NCBI GenBank assembly: GCA_027345565.1
Contig: DAHWIF010000005.1
Span: forward strand, 6,058 to 70,057
DNA length: 64,000 bases
Direction: 5' to 3'
From: Candidatus Micrarchaeota archaeon
GTDB taxonomy: Archaea; Micrarchaeota; Micrarchaeia; Micrarchaeales; Micrarchaeaceae
The translations under genes were made by a program, and so were the position numbers. The notes beneath the pieces were generated by a model. It was not told the origin of the DNA and searched no databases. It worked only from the letters and a program-made list of their open reading frames with translations. Below are positions 9,942-18,122 of this stretch, in pieces (the first letter of the stretch is position 1; each line of letters starts with the position of its first letter).

Positions 9942-10946
9942 ATGCTCCCGGTTGTGCTAAGCATAGGTGCGATATACGCCTTCATACCGATAGTCATAAT
10001 CATAATCCTTATAGCTGCTGCTGTCGGTCTCACAAGGGGCAGGGACCTTTTCGCCGTGTTCGGCATAGGTGCGCTCATGGGCATAAAGGGCGCGACAGCG
10101 ACCGGTGGGTCGGGCAGAGGGCTCAAAACAGGGCTGAATGTCCCGAAAGGCACCCTCAAAGCGGCGAAGTCCACAGGAGGCCTCGGCAAGGGCATTGGCA
10201 AGGGCGTATCTAAATCGGCTAAAAAGGGCCCTGAAGGTCCTGAAGCTGCGCATGTAGAAGCGCTAGCCGCTTCAGGGAGGGATGCGCAGCTTCGCGGCAT
10301 CAAACCGACAGCTGCACAGGCTGCGGCAATGGCTGCCATGGCCACGGTCGCCGGGACAGCAACCGGCATGGCGTACAGCGAGTCCAATAGAGTGAAGCTT
10401 GTCGAGTCGGAGCAGATCCGCGGCCCATCAAAGGCAGAGCTAAAGGCGGCATGGAGAGCCGGCAGCAGAGTCGGCGCCCCATTTAGGGCGGTAAGGCTAA
10501 TTACAGGAAGGAGAGTCGGCCCATCCAGAATGATAGCGCCAAGGATAGCAAGGAGGACAACCGCCGATAGGAAGATAGGAGAAATACAGAGCAAGTCTAC
10601 CGACAGGTACGGCGAGCCGCGCTTCCGCATAAGCATCCCTATAGTAGGCCTGGCGGCTGCCGGGGCGGCACGCCTCTATGACAGAATGCCTTCTAAGAGA
10701 GAAGCCGCGGCCCAACGCCGCGCCTACGAAGAAAGCCTTGGCGCGCATATGGAATCCGAAAAAAAACCGAAAAGCGACAGGGACAAAATGCTCGTGGAGG
10801 AGTTCATCAAGCAGATGCAGAGTTCGGGCCAAAAGATTCCAGGCAAGAACGCGCTGGCAATGATCACGCTTCACGGCAAGGTTTCAGAAGAGCGTATGAG
10901 GCATTTTGGCAAGCGTGGAACCCCGCCGCCGCCTCCCCCATCATAG
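9942..10946 (+). CDS. Hypothetical membrane-anchored basic protein (K/G-rich region, C-terminal poly-Pro)
   Basis: The protein has an N-terminal TM helix (IYAFIPIVIIIILIAAAVGL), then GLGKGIGKGVSKSAKKG, and ends GTPPPPPPS. A TATA-like TATTTATAT lies about 32 nt upstream. The competing minus-strand ORF 9905..10636 looks like an antisense shadow. Confidence 0.45.
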   Translation: MLPVVLSIGAIYAFIPIVIIIILIAAAVGLTRGRDLFAVFGIGALMGIKGATATGGSGRGLKTGLNVPKGTLKAAKSTGGLGKGIGKGVSKSAKKGPEGPEAAHVEALAASGRDAQLRGIKPTAAQAAAMAAMATVAGTATGMAYSESNRVKLVESEQIRGPSKAELKAAWRAGSRVGAPFRAVRLITGRRVGPSRMIAPRIARRTTADRKIGEIQSKSTDRYGEPRFRISIPIVGLAAAGAARLYDRMPSKREAAAQRRAYEESLGAHMESEKKPKSDRDKMLVEEFIKQMQSSGQKIPGKNALAMITLHGKVSEERMRHFGKRGTPPPPPPS

Positions 10947-10952
10947 CCGTGA

Positions 10953-11684
10953 CTAAAACCTCTTAACTATCTCATCGCCTATATTCTCCCCTGCGGTTAT
11001 GCTCGGCAGTATCACCCACGACGCGCCCGCCTTGTCGAGCTTGGCCATGTTCTCCTCGTCTATCACTCTCGACACGACCTTTATCTCAGGGTTTGCGTCC
11101 TTGGCAGTTATGGCTATGAGTGCATTCTTCACATCGTCATCATCGCATGCAATCACATAAGATGCCCTGTCGATGCCGGCGTTCTTGAATGAGTCCTCGC
11201 CGCGCATTGTGCCCACAACCACAAGCATATCCCTGCTGTAGAGCTTTGAAGCCTGTAGCTGGTTTTCTGCTAGCACCACGAATTTCATGCCCGCTTTTCG
11301 CATCTCCTCCGCGAGGGTCCTAGAGAAGCTGTTGTACGGCACTATTATCACATGGCCTTTCAATCGCTTTATCTTTGAAATGCTCAAGTACTCGCTTATG
11401 TTTATGCTCCTGAGCAGCTGGGTGAACCACGTAGCCAAGAAGACAGTGATGAGGGCGAAGACGAAGGCGTCAAGCAGGCTCGCCACAAGCACGAACGGCG
11501 TGTCTGCGAGTTTTGCGGGTATAAGGTCGTAGTAAACGTAAAGCGCAGCGAGCAGGTTCCACACCAGCGATACCCCTATCTTCACTCCTGCAGCAGCGGT
11601 CAGCACCACCGCGACAGTGAAGAGCAGCGCAGCAGTGGCGAGCAATATGTAGTTTGTATTCCTTCTCTTTATCAGCACCATCAT
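10953..11684 (-). CDS. Membrane protein with C-terminal TrkA-N/RCK (NAD-binding) domain, no K+ filter
   Basis: N-terminal TM helices are followed by GHVIIVPYNSFSRTLAEEMRKAGMKFVVLAENQ (a Rossmann-type TrkA-N start). No TVGYG-like selectivity filter is present. Confidence 0.7.
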   Translation of the reverse strand: MMVLIKRRNTNYILLATAALLFTVAVVLTAAAGVKIGVSLVWNLLAALYVYYDLIPAKLADTPFVLVASLLDAFVFALITVFLATWFTQLLRSINISEYLSISKIKRLKGHVIIVPYNSFSRTLAEEMRKAGMKFVVLAENQLQASKLYSRDMLVVVGTMRGEDSFKNAGIDRASYVIACDDDDVKNALIAITAKDANPEIKVVSRVIDEENMAKLDKAGASWVILPSITAGENIGDEIVKRF

Positions 11685-12454
11685 CTCACCTTTGACCTGA
11701 TGTAGCTGCCGAGCTCTATGCCAGCCAGCACTTCGGGTATGACCACCTGCTCTGCCCCAGCCCTCTGCATCTTTGTCATTATGTCCTCTTCGGACACCCT
11801 CGATACTATCCTGACATTACGGTTAAGGTGCCTTGCTGTCACTATGCCGAGCAGGTTAGCAGTGTCGTTCTTGGTTGCAAATACCACAGCGCGGGCGCGC
11901 CCTATCATTGCATTTACCAGCACATCCTCGTTTGTGAAGTCCCCGTTTATAGCTATATAGTTCCTGTCGTGCAGCATCTCGATTACGTCCTGGTTGCTGT
12001 CCACTACAAGGAATTTCACCTTGCGCTCCTTCAGCTCGTTGCAGACCCTTTCAGCCATCTTCGCATAGCCGCACACGATCACGTGGTCCTTGAGCCTCCT
12101 GGTCGCTATCGCATTAACCCTCGAAAGCAGCGCCGTGCCCGTTATTATCTCGATTATGGCAGCGAGGGCGAGACCAACTGCCACTATCTTTGCTATGCCG
12201 TCTATCACCGTTATCAGTACGATTTCGTCGAAAGCCGTGCTGAAGGCCGGTGCAAAGGCATTCAGGGCAGGGCCAACGTTTATCCCTATCGCATCGAACA
12301 GGGATGCTATTGTGTAGTATGCCGAGAGGTATATGCTGTGCGATATGCCGTAGATTATATAGAGGGTGGCAAGACCGAAGATCAGCGCGGCGATAGCAAG
12401 CCCCACGAGAGTTTTTCCGGCTATGCTTTTCCTTTCGATCTCTGGCACGTTCAC
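11681..12454 (-). CDS. Membrane protein with C-terminal TrkA-N/RCK domain, no K+ filter
   Basis: TM helices are followed by DHVIVCGYAKMAERVCNELKERKVKFLVVDSNQD. Its stop overlaps the start of the downstream paralog by 4 nt. Confidence 0.7.
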   Translation of the reverse strand: MNVPEIERKSIAGKTLVGLAIAALIFGLATLYIIYGISHSIYLSAYYTIASLFDAIGINVGPALNAFAPAFSTAFDEIVLITVIDGIAKIVAVGLALAAIIEIITGTALLSRVNAIATRRLKDHVIVCGYAKMAERVCNELKERKVKFLVVDSNQDVIEMLHDRNYIAINGDFTNEDVLVNAMIGRARAVVFATKNDTANLLGIVTARHLNRNVRIVSRVSEEDIMTKMQRAGAEQVVIPEVLAGIELGSYIRSKVR

Positions 12455-12462
12455 ATGCGCAC

Positions 12463-12888
12463 CTACTTCAGGAGCTCTCTTACTATCTCCTTGCTCGCGG
12501 TCTTCTGCGGCATCACGATGTAATCCGCACCAGCGTCAACGAGCTTCTCCCTGACGAAATCATCGTTGCTGCGCGTAGCTATGAATATCTTCTTGTTGAG
12601 GTCCCTCGCGGTCAGCACCGTGAAGAGGTTCTTTGCGTCGTTATCCATCACTATGGCTATCGCTTTCGCATTCGCTATCCCGGCGCTGCGGAGCGTCCTA
12701 GATGCCGTTGCATCGCCGTTTATGACCTTGTAGCCTAGCTCCTCAGCTCTCGCTGCCGTGCGGGGGTCGGACTCCACTATGACGAAGCCTATGTTGTGCT
12801 CCAGGAGTATCTCAACGACCTTGCGGCCCACCATGCCGAAGCCGCACACGATCACGTGGTCGCGCATCTCGAAACGTTTCTCAGCCAT
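12463..12888 (-). CDS. Soluble TrkA-N/RCK domain protein
   Basis: HVIVCGFGMVGRKVVEILLEHNIGFVIVESDP is a GxGxxG-type Rossmann motif. The protein is 141 aa and is the first gene of a three-gene minus-strand operon. Confidence 0.8.
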   Translation of the reverse strand: MAEKRFEMRDHVIVCGFGMVGRKVVEILLEHNIGFVIVESDPRTAARAEELGYKVINGDATASRTLRSAGIANAKAIAIVMDNDAKNLFTVLTARDLNKKIFIATRSNDDFVREKLVDAGADYIVMPQKTASKEIVRELLK

Positions 12889-12986
12889 AAAACCACAGCG
12901 CAGTCATCACTTAATATGCAAAACAAGCCTTTAAATTGCGATGTGTGGCTGCGTTTATGAATGTTTACTTAGCGGCTGTGGCTCAA

Positions 12987-13017
12987 GAAATCCCCGCCTT
13001 TCAAGGCGGCGGATGAA
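12987..13017 (+). repeat. Solo copy of the IS200/IS605-type left-end hairpin
   Basis: GAAATCCCCGCCTTTCAAGGCGGCGGATGAA (stem CCGCC/GGCGG) parallels the left end of the TnpB element at 16855-16887 (GAAATCCCACACCATTCATGGGTGGGATGAA), with the same GAAATCCC and GGATGAA flanks. Confidence 0.35.
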
Positions 13018-13184
13018 CTGAGCTATCGAATCATATGTGCAGTACATCGAATCGTATTATGCAGTAAGTGTACAAATATGAGCTGCAATTCCTGTTCATG
13101 GAGATCGCAAGGGCTATCTTGATTAAAGATAGTTAACTAAAAGTCCATACGAGCCAAAAACAATATCCAATATCCTATTAACTA

Positions 13185-13257
13185 TAGCTCCACCCAGATT
13201 CGAACTGGGGTTCCCAGGTCCAGAGCCTGGTGTCCTTGACCACTAGACGATGGAGCT
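13185..13257 (-). tRNA. tRNA-Gln (anticodon CUG)
   Basis: The reverse complement AGCTCCATCGTCTAGTGGTCAAGGACACCAGGCTCTGGACCTGGGAACCCCAGTTCGAATCTGGGTGGAGCTA folds as a cloverleaf. It has a 7-bp acceptor stem AGCUCCA/UGGAGCU, anticodon stem CCAGG/CCUGG, loop CUCUGGA and T-arm CCCAG-UUCGAAU-CUGGG. Confidence 0.9.
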
Positions 13258-13311
13258 GCGCAACTATATTGTTTGCTAACCTATTTTATAACTGTTGCCC
13301 AATTACTGCTG

Positions 13312-14004
13312 ATGATGCGCGAGAATACCTCATGGCATATAGAGGTCAGGGACATTATCATAGCAGACCTGGTGCTTATCATAGCTATGGCGCTCACCCT
13401 CTCCGGTGGCATATTCGGCGCCAGCAATTCGAAGTTCGCCGGCAACTTCCTGCTCCTCCTCCCGATCGCTGCGATAGGCGTGACGCTGAGTTTCGTCCTC
13501 CACGAGCTGATGCACAAGTTCGTAGCGCAGCACTACGGTGCGATAGCCGGCTTCCGCACTTCGTTCATGGGCCTCGGCATAACCCTTGCTACGGGCGCGT
13601 TCGGCTTCCTCCTCGGCATACCTGGGGCTACGATGATATACGCCCACAACTTCACTAGGAGGGAGAACGGGATAGTATCGCTCGCAGGCCCTCTCACGAA
13701 TTTTGTCGTGTTCGGAGCGTCGCTCGCACTCTTTTACATCCTTGCACCTCCAGCAGGCTCTTACCTGGGCGAGGCGCTCTACTTCACAATCTTCATAAGC
13801 ATACTCCTTGCCTTCTTCAACATGCTGCCTATATTCCCGCTTGATGGCAGCAAGGTGCTTGCGTGGAGCGCACCGGTCTACCTCGCCACCATAGGCACGA
13901 TATTCGTGCTCATGCTGATATTTACACCGATACCGCTCTCGACAATAATATTCATGCTGGTAATAGCCCTTTTCTTTTCGCTGTTTTACAGGCGCGCATT
14001 CTAG
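13312..14004 (+). CDS. Site-2 protease family (peptidase M50) intramembrane metalloprotease
   Basis: Motifs HELMHKF (HExxH) and NMLPIFPLDGSKV (NxxPxxxLDG) sit in a polytopic membrane protein. The ORF opens at TTG 13273, but ATG 13312 fits a TATA-like CTATTTTATAA at 13281-13291. Confidence 0.8.
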   Translation: MMRENTSWHIEVRDIIIADLVLIIAMALTLSGGIFGASNSKFAGNFLLLLPIAAIGVTLSFVLHELMHKFVAQHYGAIAGFRTSFMGLGITLATGAFGFLLGIPGATMIYAHNFTRRENGIVSLAGPLTNFVVFGASLALFYILAPPAGSYLGEALYFTIFISILLAFFNMLPIFPLDGSKVLAWSAPVYLATIGTIFVLMLIFTPIPLSTIIFMLVIALFFSLFYRRAF

Positions 14005-14051
14005 GCAAGGTATTAAAGGTTTAGCACAGCACTATACTAAAGGCGGTATTC

Positions 14052-15332
14052 ATGGCGGAGAACGCTGCACCATCGACGAAGACGACGATAGATTCCCTGG
14101 TAGAGCTTCTCAAGAAGAAGGGGAAGATGGACCTTGCTTCGGTGTCCGTAGCCCTCGGAGTTGACCAGGCGATAGTGGAGAACTGGGCGAAGGTGCTTGA
14201 GAAGGGCAACATAGTAAAGATCACTTATGAAGTAGGGAAGATGTTCCTCACCATACCGACGCTCTCCGCGGAGCAAGAGGCGACAGAGCGCTCAAAGATA
14301 GAGGCGGGGATTTCGGGGCTGACGGCGCAGAGCGAGTCGCAGATGCTTTCCCTCGACAAGCTCACAGAGGCGCTAGAATCGATAAAAGGGTCTGTTGCAA
14401 CCGCGGAGAAGGCCGAGACCAGCGAGATGCCGGAAATACGCCGCGCGATAGCCGATCTCAACACAATATACGCAACGGTTGAGCAGAGGAATAGGGGACT
14501 TGAGCAGATGGCGAAGAAAGCCGAGCAGATATATGATGAGATAAACAAGAAGGTCACCGAGCTCAGCACAAGGCTTGGCGGCATAAGCGGCGAAGGGAGC
14601 ACGAAGGGAGTCGACGATGCCAGGCAGGAGCTTGCATCCATATCGAAATCGATCGCAAGCGTAAACTCAGAGATATCCGCGGTTGGCAAGAGCAGTTCCG
14701 AATCTATGGACCAGATAAGAAGGAGCGTGATAGAGCAGTCCAAGGCGCTGGAGAGGCAGATAGAGCAGTCTAAGAAGGAGATGAATGCTAAGCTTAGTGA
14801 ATACGCAAAACAGGCGGATGCCATAGAGAGCCAGCTCAAGGACCGGGTCAGGGCCATAAGCTCCAGCGTGGACGAGCTGAACAGTTTCTCCAAGGAGCGG
14901 GAGAAGCAGCTGCGCAGGCTGCGCGATTCCAGGGTCGAATTCAACGATTATTATGTGAAGATGAGCGAGGAGCTCAAAGCACAGAGGGCGTCGGCCGATG
15001 CGATATCAAAAGAGGTGGGTGAGAAGGTTGCGAAGCTGAAGGCGGGTTTCGGCGAAGCCGCAGAGATCGATGACACTCTTAGCACGTTGAAGAGCCAGAT
15101 GGCTGGCCTGGAGAAGGAGATAGCAGACGCGCGCCAGGATGTAACTGACATAATAAACAAGCTGCGCGCCTTAAACGCGCTCTCATCAGCGCCCACCGGG
15201 CAGGAGATGGCTGCGCTGAGCACCCTGCAGAAACGGGCATCAGCTGCAAGGTCAAAGGTCTCCAACATAAATGATAAAGTGGAGAACGCCAGGTCGGCCG
15301 CGAGCAAGATAGCTGAAAAGAAAAAGAAGTAG
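14052..15332 (+). CDS. wHTH-like N-terminal domain plus long coiled-coil protein; first gene of the filament biogenesis operon
   Basis: The N-terminus is IDSLVELLKKKGKMDLASVSVALGVDQAIVENWAKVLEKGNIVKITY. It is followed by about 350 aa of E/K/A/S-rich heptad-like sequence. A TATA-like GTATTAAAGG lies about 30 nt upstream. Confidence 0.65.
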   Translation: MAENAAPSTKTTIDSLVELLKKKGKMDLASVSVALGVDQAIVENWAKVLEKGNIVKITYEVGKMFLTIPTLSAEQEATERSKIEAGISGLTAQSESQMLSLDKLTEALESIKGSVATAEKAETSEMPEIRRAIADLNTIYATVEQRNRGLEQMAKKAEQIYDEINKKVTELSTRLGGISGEGSTKGVDDARQELASISKSIASVNSEISAVGKSSSESMDQIRRSVIEQSKALERQIEQSKKEMNAKLSEYAKQADAIESQLKDRVRAISSSVDELNSFSKEREKQLRRLRDSRVEFNDYYVKMSEELKAQRASADAISKEVGEKVAKLKAGFGEAAEIDDTLSTLKSQMAGLEKEIADARQDVTDIINKLRALNALSSAPTGQEMAALSTLQKRASAARSKVSNINDKVENARSAASKIAEKKKK

Positions 15333-15342
15333 GTAGGTTTGA

Positions 15343-16842
15343 TTGGAGCAAAAAGACGCCGAAAAGGTTCTTGCCGAGTACAGCCTTAATGCGAACGGCA
15401 TGCCGATAAATGTAAGGATAGCACAGACTGCGGATTACGTACCGATATACAACATGAGCATACCAGGCCTGAGCGACCCTACCAAACTACTCCTCTTCTC
15501 ACTAAGGGGTGAGCTTGTCGCAATGGTGACGGTTGACACCACGCGCATACAGGACAGGAAATATCTAGAGGAGGTAAACAGAAAGTACATCGAGACAAGC
15601 AGCACACTGATAGACAAGTACCTGCCAGCCACCCCAACCGAAACAAAATCGCTACTGATCGCCTATATAATAAACATGATGCTGGGCCTCGGGGACCTCG
15701 AGGCCCCGCTGGCCGATGACAACCTTGAGGAGATAACGGTCAACGGCGCTGCGAACATGATATGGGTGTTCCACAAGCAGTTTGGTTGGTGCAAGACAAA
15801 CATGAAGCTGGCCAACGAGGAGATGATATACGACTACGCCGAGCAGATAGGAAGGCGGGTCGGCAGGGAGATAAACAACCTATCTCCGCTCATGGATGCA
15901 GTGCTGCCTGACGGATCTAGGATGAACGCCACGCTCTACCCAGTGTCGCAAGTCGGCAACACCATAACGATAAGGAAGTTCGCGAAGAATCCGTGGACGA
16001 TGCCAGCTATGATTAAGAACCAGACAGTGAGCTCAGAGATAGGCGCGGTGGTGTGGTTGTGCATACAGAACGAGATAAGCCTTCTGATATCAGGGGGTAC
16101 CGCGAGCGGCAAGACCAGCCTGCTCAACTCCTCAAGCATTTTCTTTCCGCCGAGCCACAGGGTTGTGTCTGTCGAGGAGACCAGAGAGCTCACCCTGCCG
16201 AGCTTCCTCCAATGGGTGCCCATGGTCACCAGGCAGCCTAATCCAGAAGGCAAGGGAGAGGTGACACTTTACGACCTTACAATAAACGCGCTTAGGCAGA
16301 GGCCGGATATAGTCGTCGTTGGGGAGATAAGGGTCAAGAAGGATGCTGAGACCCTCTTCGAAGCGATACACACTGGCCACGCGGTGTACGGCACTGTGCA
16401 CGCGGACAATGCGCAGGATACGATAGTGAGGCTGACAAACCCCCCGATAGAGGTCCCGAAGATAATGCTGAACGCGCTTGGCGCCGTCATGGTCGCATTC
16501 AGGCACAGGAATAAGGGCATAAGGCGCATACTCGAATACGGTGAAGTGCTTAGGAGCGGGGATGTCAACGTGCTGTACAAATGGAGCCCGAGGAGCGACA
16601 GTTTTCCGCAGATAGGGGACATGACGAGGCTTGCCGACACGCTGATGCTGTATTCGGGGTACACCGCGAAGGAGATAGACGACGACATTGTGGAGAAGAT
16701 GTCCATACTCGACTGGATGGTGAAGAATGATGTCGTGTCTGTGGACGACGCTGGATTCGTAGTCGCCAACTATTACAAGAACAAGGACAAGGTTTTGGGC
16801 ATAGTGAGGGATAATGCAGCATTTTCAAGGGATATATTTTAA
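15343..16842 (+). CDS. Type II/IV secretion-family ATPase (archaeal FlaI/PilB/EpdL/TadA-like)
   Basis: Walker A GGTASGKTSLLN, Walker B/Asp box RPDIVVVGEIRVKKDAE and His box HTGHAVYGTVHAD are present. The start is TTG, 10 nt after the upstream stop. Confidence 0.9.
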   Translation: MEQKDAEKVLAEYSLNANGMPINVRIAQTADYVPIYNMSIPGLSDPTKLLLFSLRGELVAMVTVDTTRIQDRKYLEEVNRKYIETSSTLIDKYLPATPTETKSLLIAYIINMMLGLGDLEAPLADDNLEEITVNGAANMIWVFHKQFGWCKTNMKLANEEMIYDYAEQIGRRVGREINNLSPLMDAVLPDGSRMNATLYPVSQVGNTITIRKFAKNPWTMPAMIKNQTVSSEIGAVVWLCIQNEISLLISGGTASGKTSLLNSSSIFFPPSHRVVSVEETRELTLPSFLQWVPMVTRQPNPEGKGEVTLYDLTINALRQRPDIVVVGEIRVKKDAETLFEAIHTGHAVYGTVHADNAQDTIVRLTNPPIEVPKIMLNALGAVMVAFRHRNKGIRRILEYGEVLRSGDVNVLYKWSPRSDSFPQIGDMTRLADTLMLYSGYTAKEIDDDIVEKMSILDWMVKNDVVSVDDAGFVVANYYKNKDKVLGIVRDNAAFSRDIF

Positions 16843-16849
16843 CAACGTG

Positions 16850-18095
16850 AGCGGGAAATCCCACACCATTCATGGGTGGGATGAAAGCGAACCGCAGATA
16901 AGCATATAAAGATAAATTGGGATAAAAACAGAGGAACAAAAGGGAATGTGATGAACAGGGCATACAAATTCAGGATATATCCGACAAAATCTCAAGAGAA
17001 CGAAATGGATACTCACAGGTGGATTTCAAAGAACCTATGGAACGAGATGCTTGCATTCTGCAAGGAGACATACGAGAAGACAGGAAAGTTCCCGAACAGG
17101 AACCAATTGCAGATAATGACGAAACAGAAGGGCATGTATTCGCAGTCTTCGCAGGATATATCTCATAGGTTGGTGAAATCATTATGGACGTTCATTCAGC
17201 TTCGGAAAAAGGGAAAGAAAGCCGGTTTCCCAAGGTTTAGGAACATCGATAGGTCAAAATCAATTTATTACCCTCAATCTGGATTCTGGTTGGGCAAGAA
17301 ACTGAAGGTAACTCCCTTCGGTGAGATAAAGATAATAAAACACAGGGAGGTTGAAGGGCAGATAAAAACTCTGTCATTGAAACGTGAATCTGCTGGACGA
17401 TGGTATGCTGTATTCACCTCAGAACTTCCTGATATAGAACTCAAGCCAAATGGAAAGGGAAAGGTAGGAATGGATTTGGGGCTGAAGACATTTGCTACAT
17501 TGTCAAATGGGATAAAGATAAACAATCCTCGTCATGTAAAGAAATACGAAAGGAAACTTGCGATATGGCAAAGAAGAATGTCAAAAAGGGAAAAAGGAAG
17601 CCATAATAGGTGGAAGCAGAAACAGAAGGTAGCAATGCTGTACGAGAAGGTTTCCAACGTAAGAAAGGATTTTCAACATAAACTATCAAATCAATTCGTA
17701 AATTCATATTCATTGATTGCATTGGAGAAACTACAGTCAAAGAATATGGCACAGCAAAGATACGGAAAGTGGATAAATGACGCTGGATGGAATTCATTTG
17801 CAAACATGCTGACATACAAGGCTGAAAGTGCTGGGTGTCAGGTCGTATTCGTGAGTCCAGAGAATACGTCAAAGACGTGCCATGTCTGTGGGAACATGCA
17901 GGACATGCCTCTCAACGAAAGGACATATAATTGCGAGAGGTGCATGTCGGTAACGGACAGGGACATAAATGCATCTATAAATATACTTACAAAAGCTACT
18001 CTGGGACACAGAGGAAGTAACGCTTGTGGAGATGGCAAAAATGTTGTCTAAGAAGCAAGAAGCCCACACCCTTCAGGGGCGGGAGTATGTCACTG
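16850..18095 (+). mobile_element. TnpB-only IS200/IS605-family (IS1341-like) element
   Basis: A tnpB ORF is flanked by two related subterminal hairpins in direct orientation. The left one is ATCCCACACCATTCATGGGTGGGAT at 16858-16882. The right one is CCCACACCCTTCAGGGGCGGG at 18063-18083. No tnpA is present. The region is visibly more AT-rich than its flanks, and the exact ends are not determinable by eye. Confidence 0.7.
16951..18051 (+). CDS. tnpB: TnpB/OrfB RNA-guided endonuclease (IS605 OrfB family)
   Basis: The N-terminus MNRAYKFRIYPTKSQENEM is classic for OrfB. The protein also has GMDLGLK (RuvC-I Asp), a zinc finger CHVCG..x..CERC, and DRDINASINIL (RuvC-III). Confidence 0.9.
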   Translation: MNRAYKFRIYPTKSQENEMDTHRWISKNLWNEMLAFCKETYEKTGKFPNRNQLQIMTKQKGMYSQSSQDISHRLVKSLWTFIQLRKKGKKAGFPRFRNIDRSKSIYYPQSGFWLGKKLKVTPFGEIKIIKHREVEGQIKTLSLKRESAGRWYAVFTSELPDIELKPNGKGKVGMDLGLKTFATLSNGIKINNPRHVKKYERKLAIWQRRMSKREKGSHNRWKQKQKVAMLYEKVSNVRKDFQHKLSNQFVNSYSLIALEKLQSKNMAQQRYGKWINDAGWNSFANMLTYKAESAGCQVVFVSPENTSKTCHVCGNMQDMPLNERTYNCERCMSVTDRDINASINILTKATLGHRGSNACGDGKNVV

Positions 18096-18122
18096 GTTGT
18101 CCTCGTTTATAACTGTGGTTAT

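Noticed and set aside
13312-14004. M50 protease as the missing prepilin peptidase
   Set aside because: Its HExxH/LDG motifs define a site-2 metalloprotease, not an A24 aspartic prepilin peptidase. No A24-type gene is visible in this window.
14225-15307. Minus-strand ORFs of 239 and 118 aa
   Set aside because: They are antisense to the coiled-coil gene. Their S/L/F-rich composition mirrors the E/K/A codons of the sense strand.
18024-18122. 5' extension of the 265-aa ORF into tnpB
   Set aside because: The extension overlaps the tnpB 3' end and the right-end hairpin. The first ATG outside the element (18123) was chosen.
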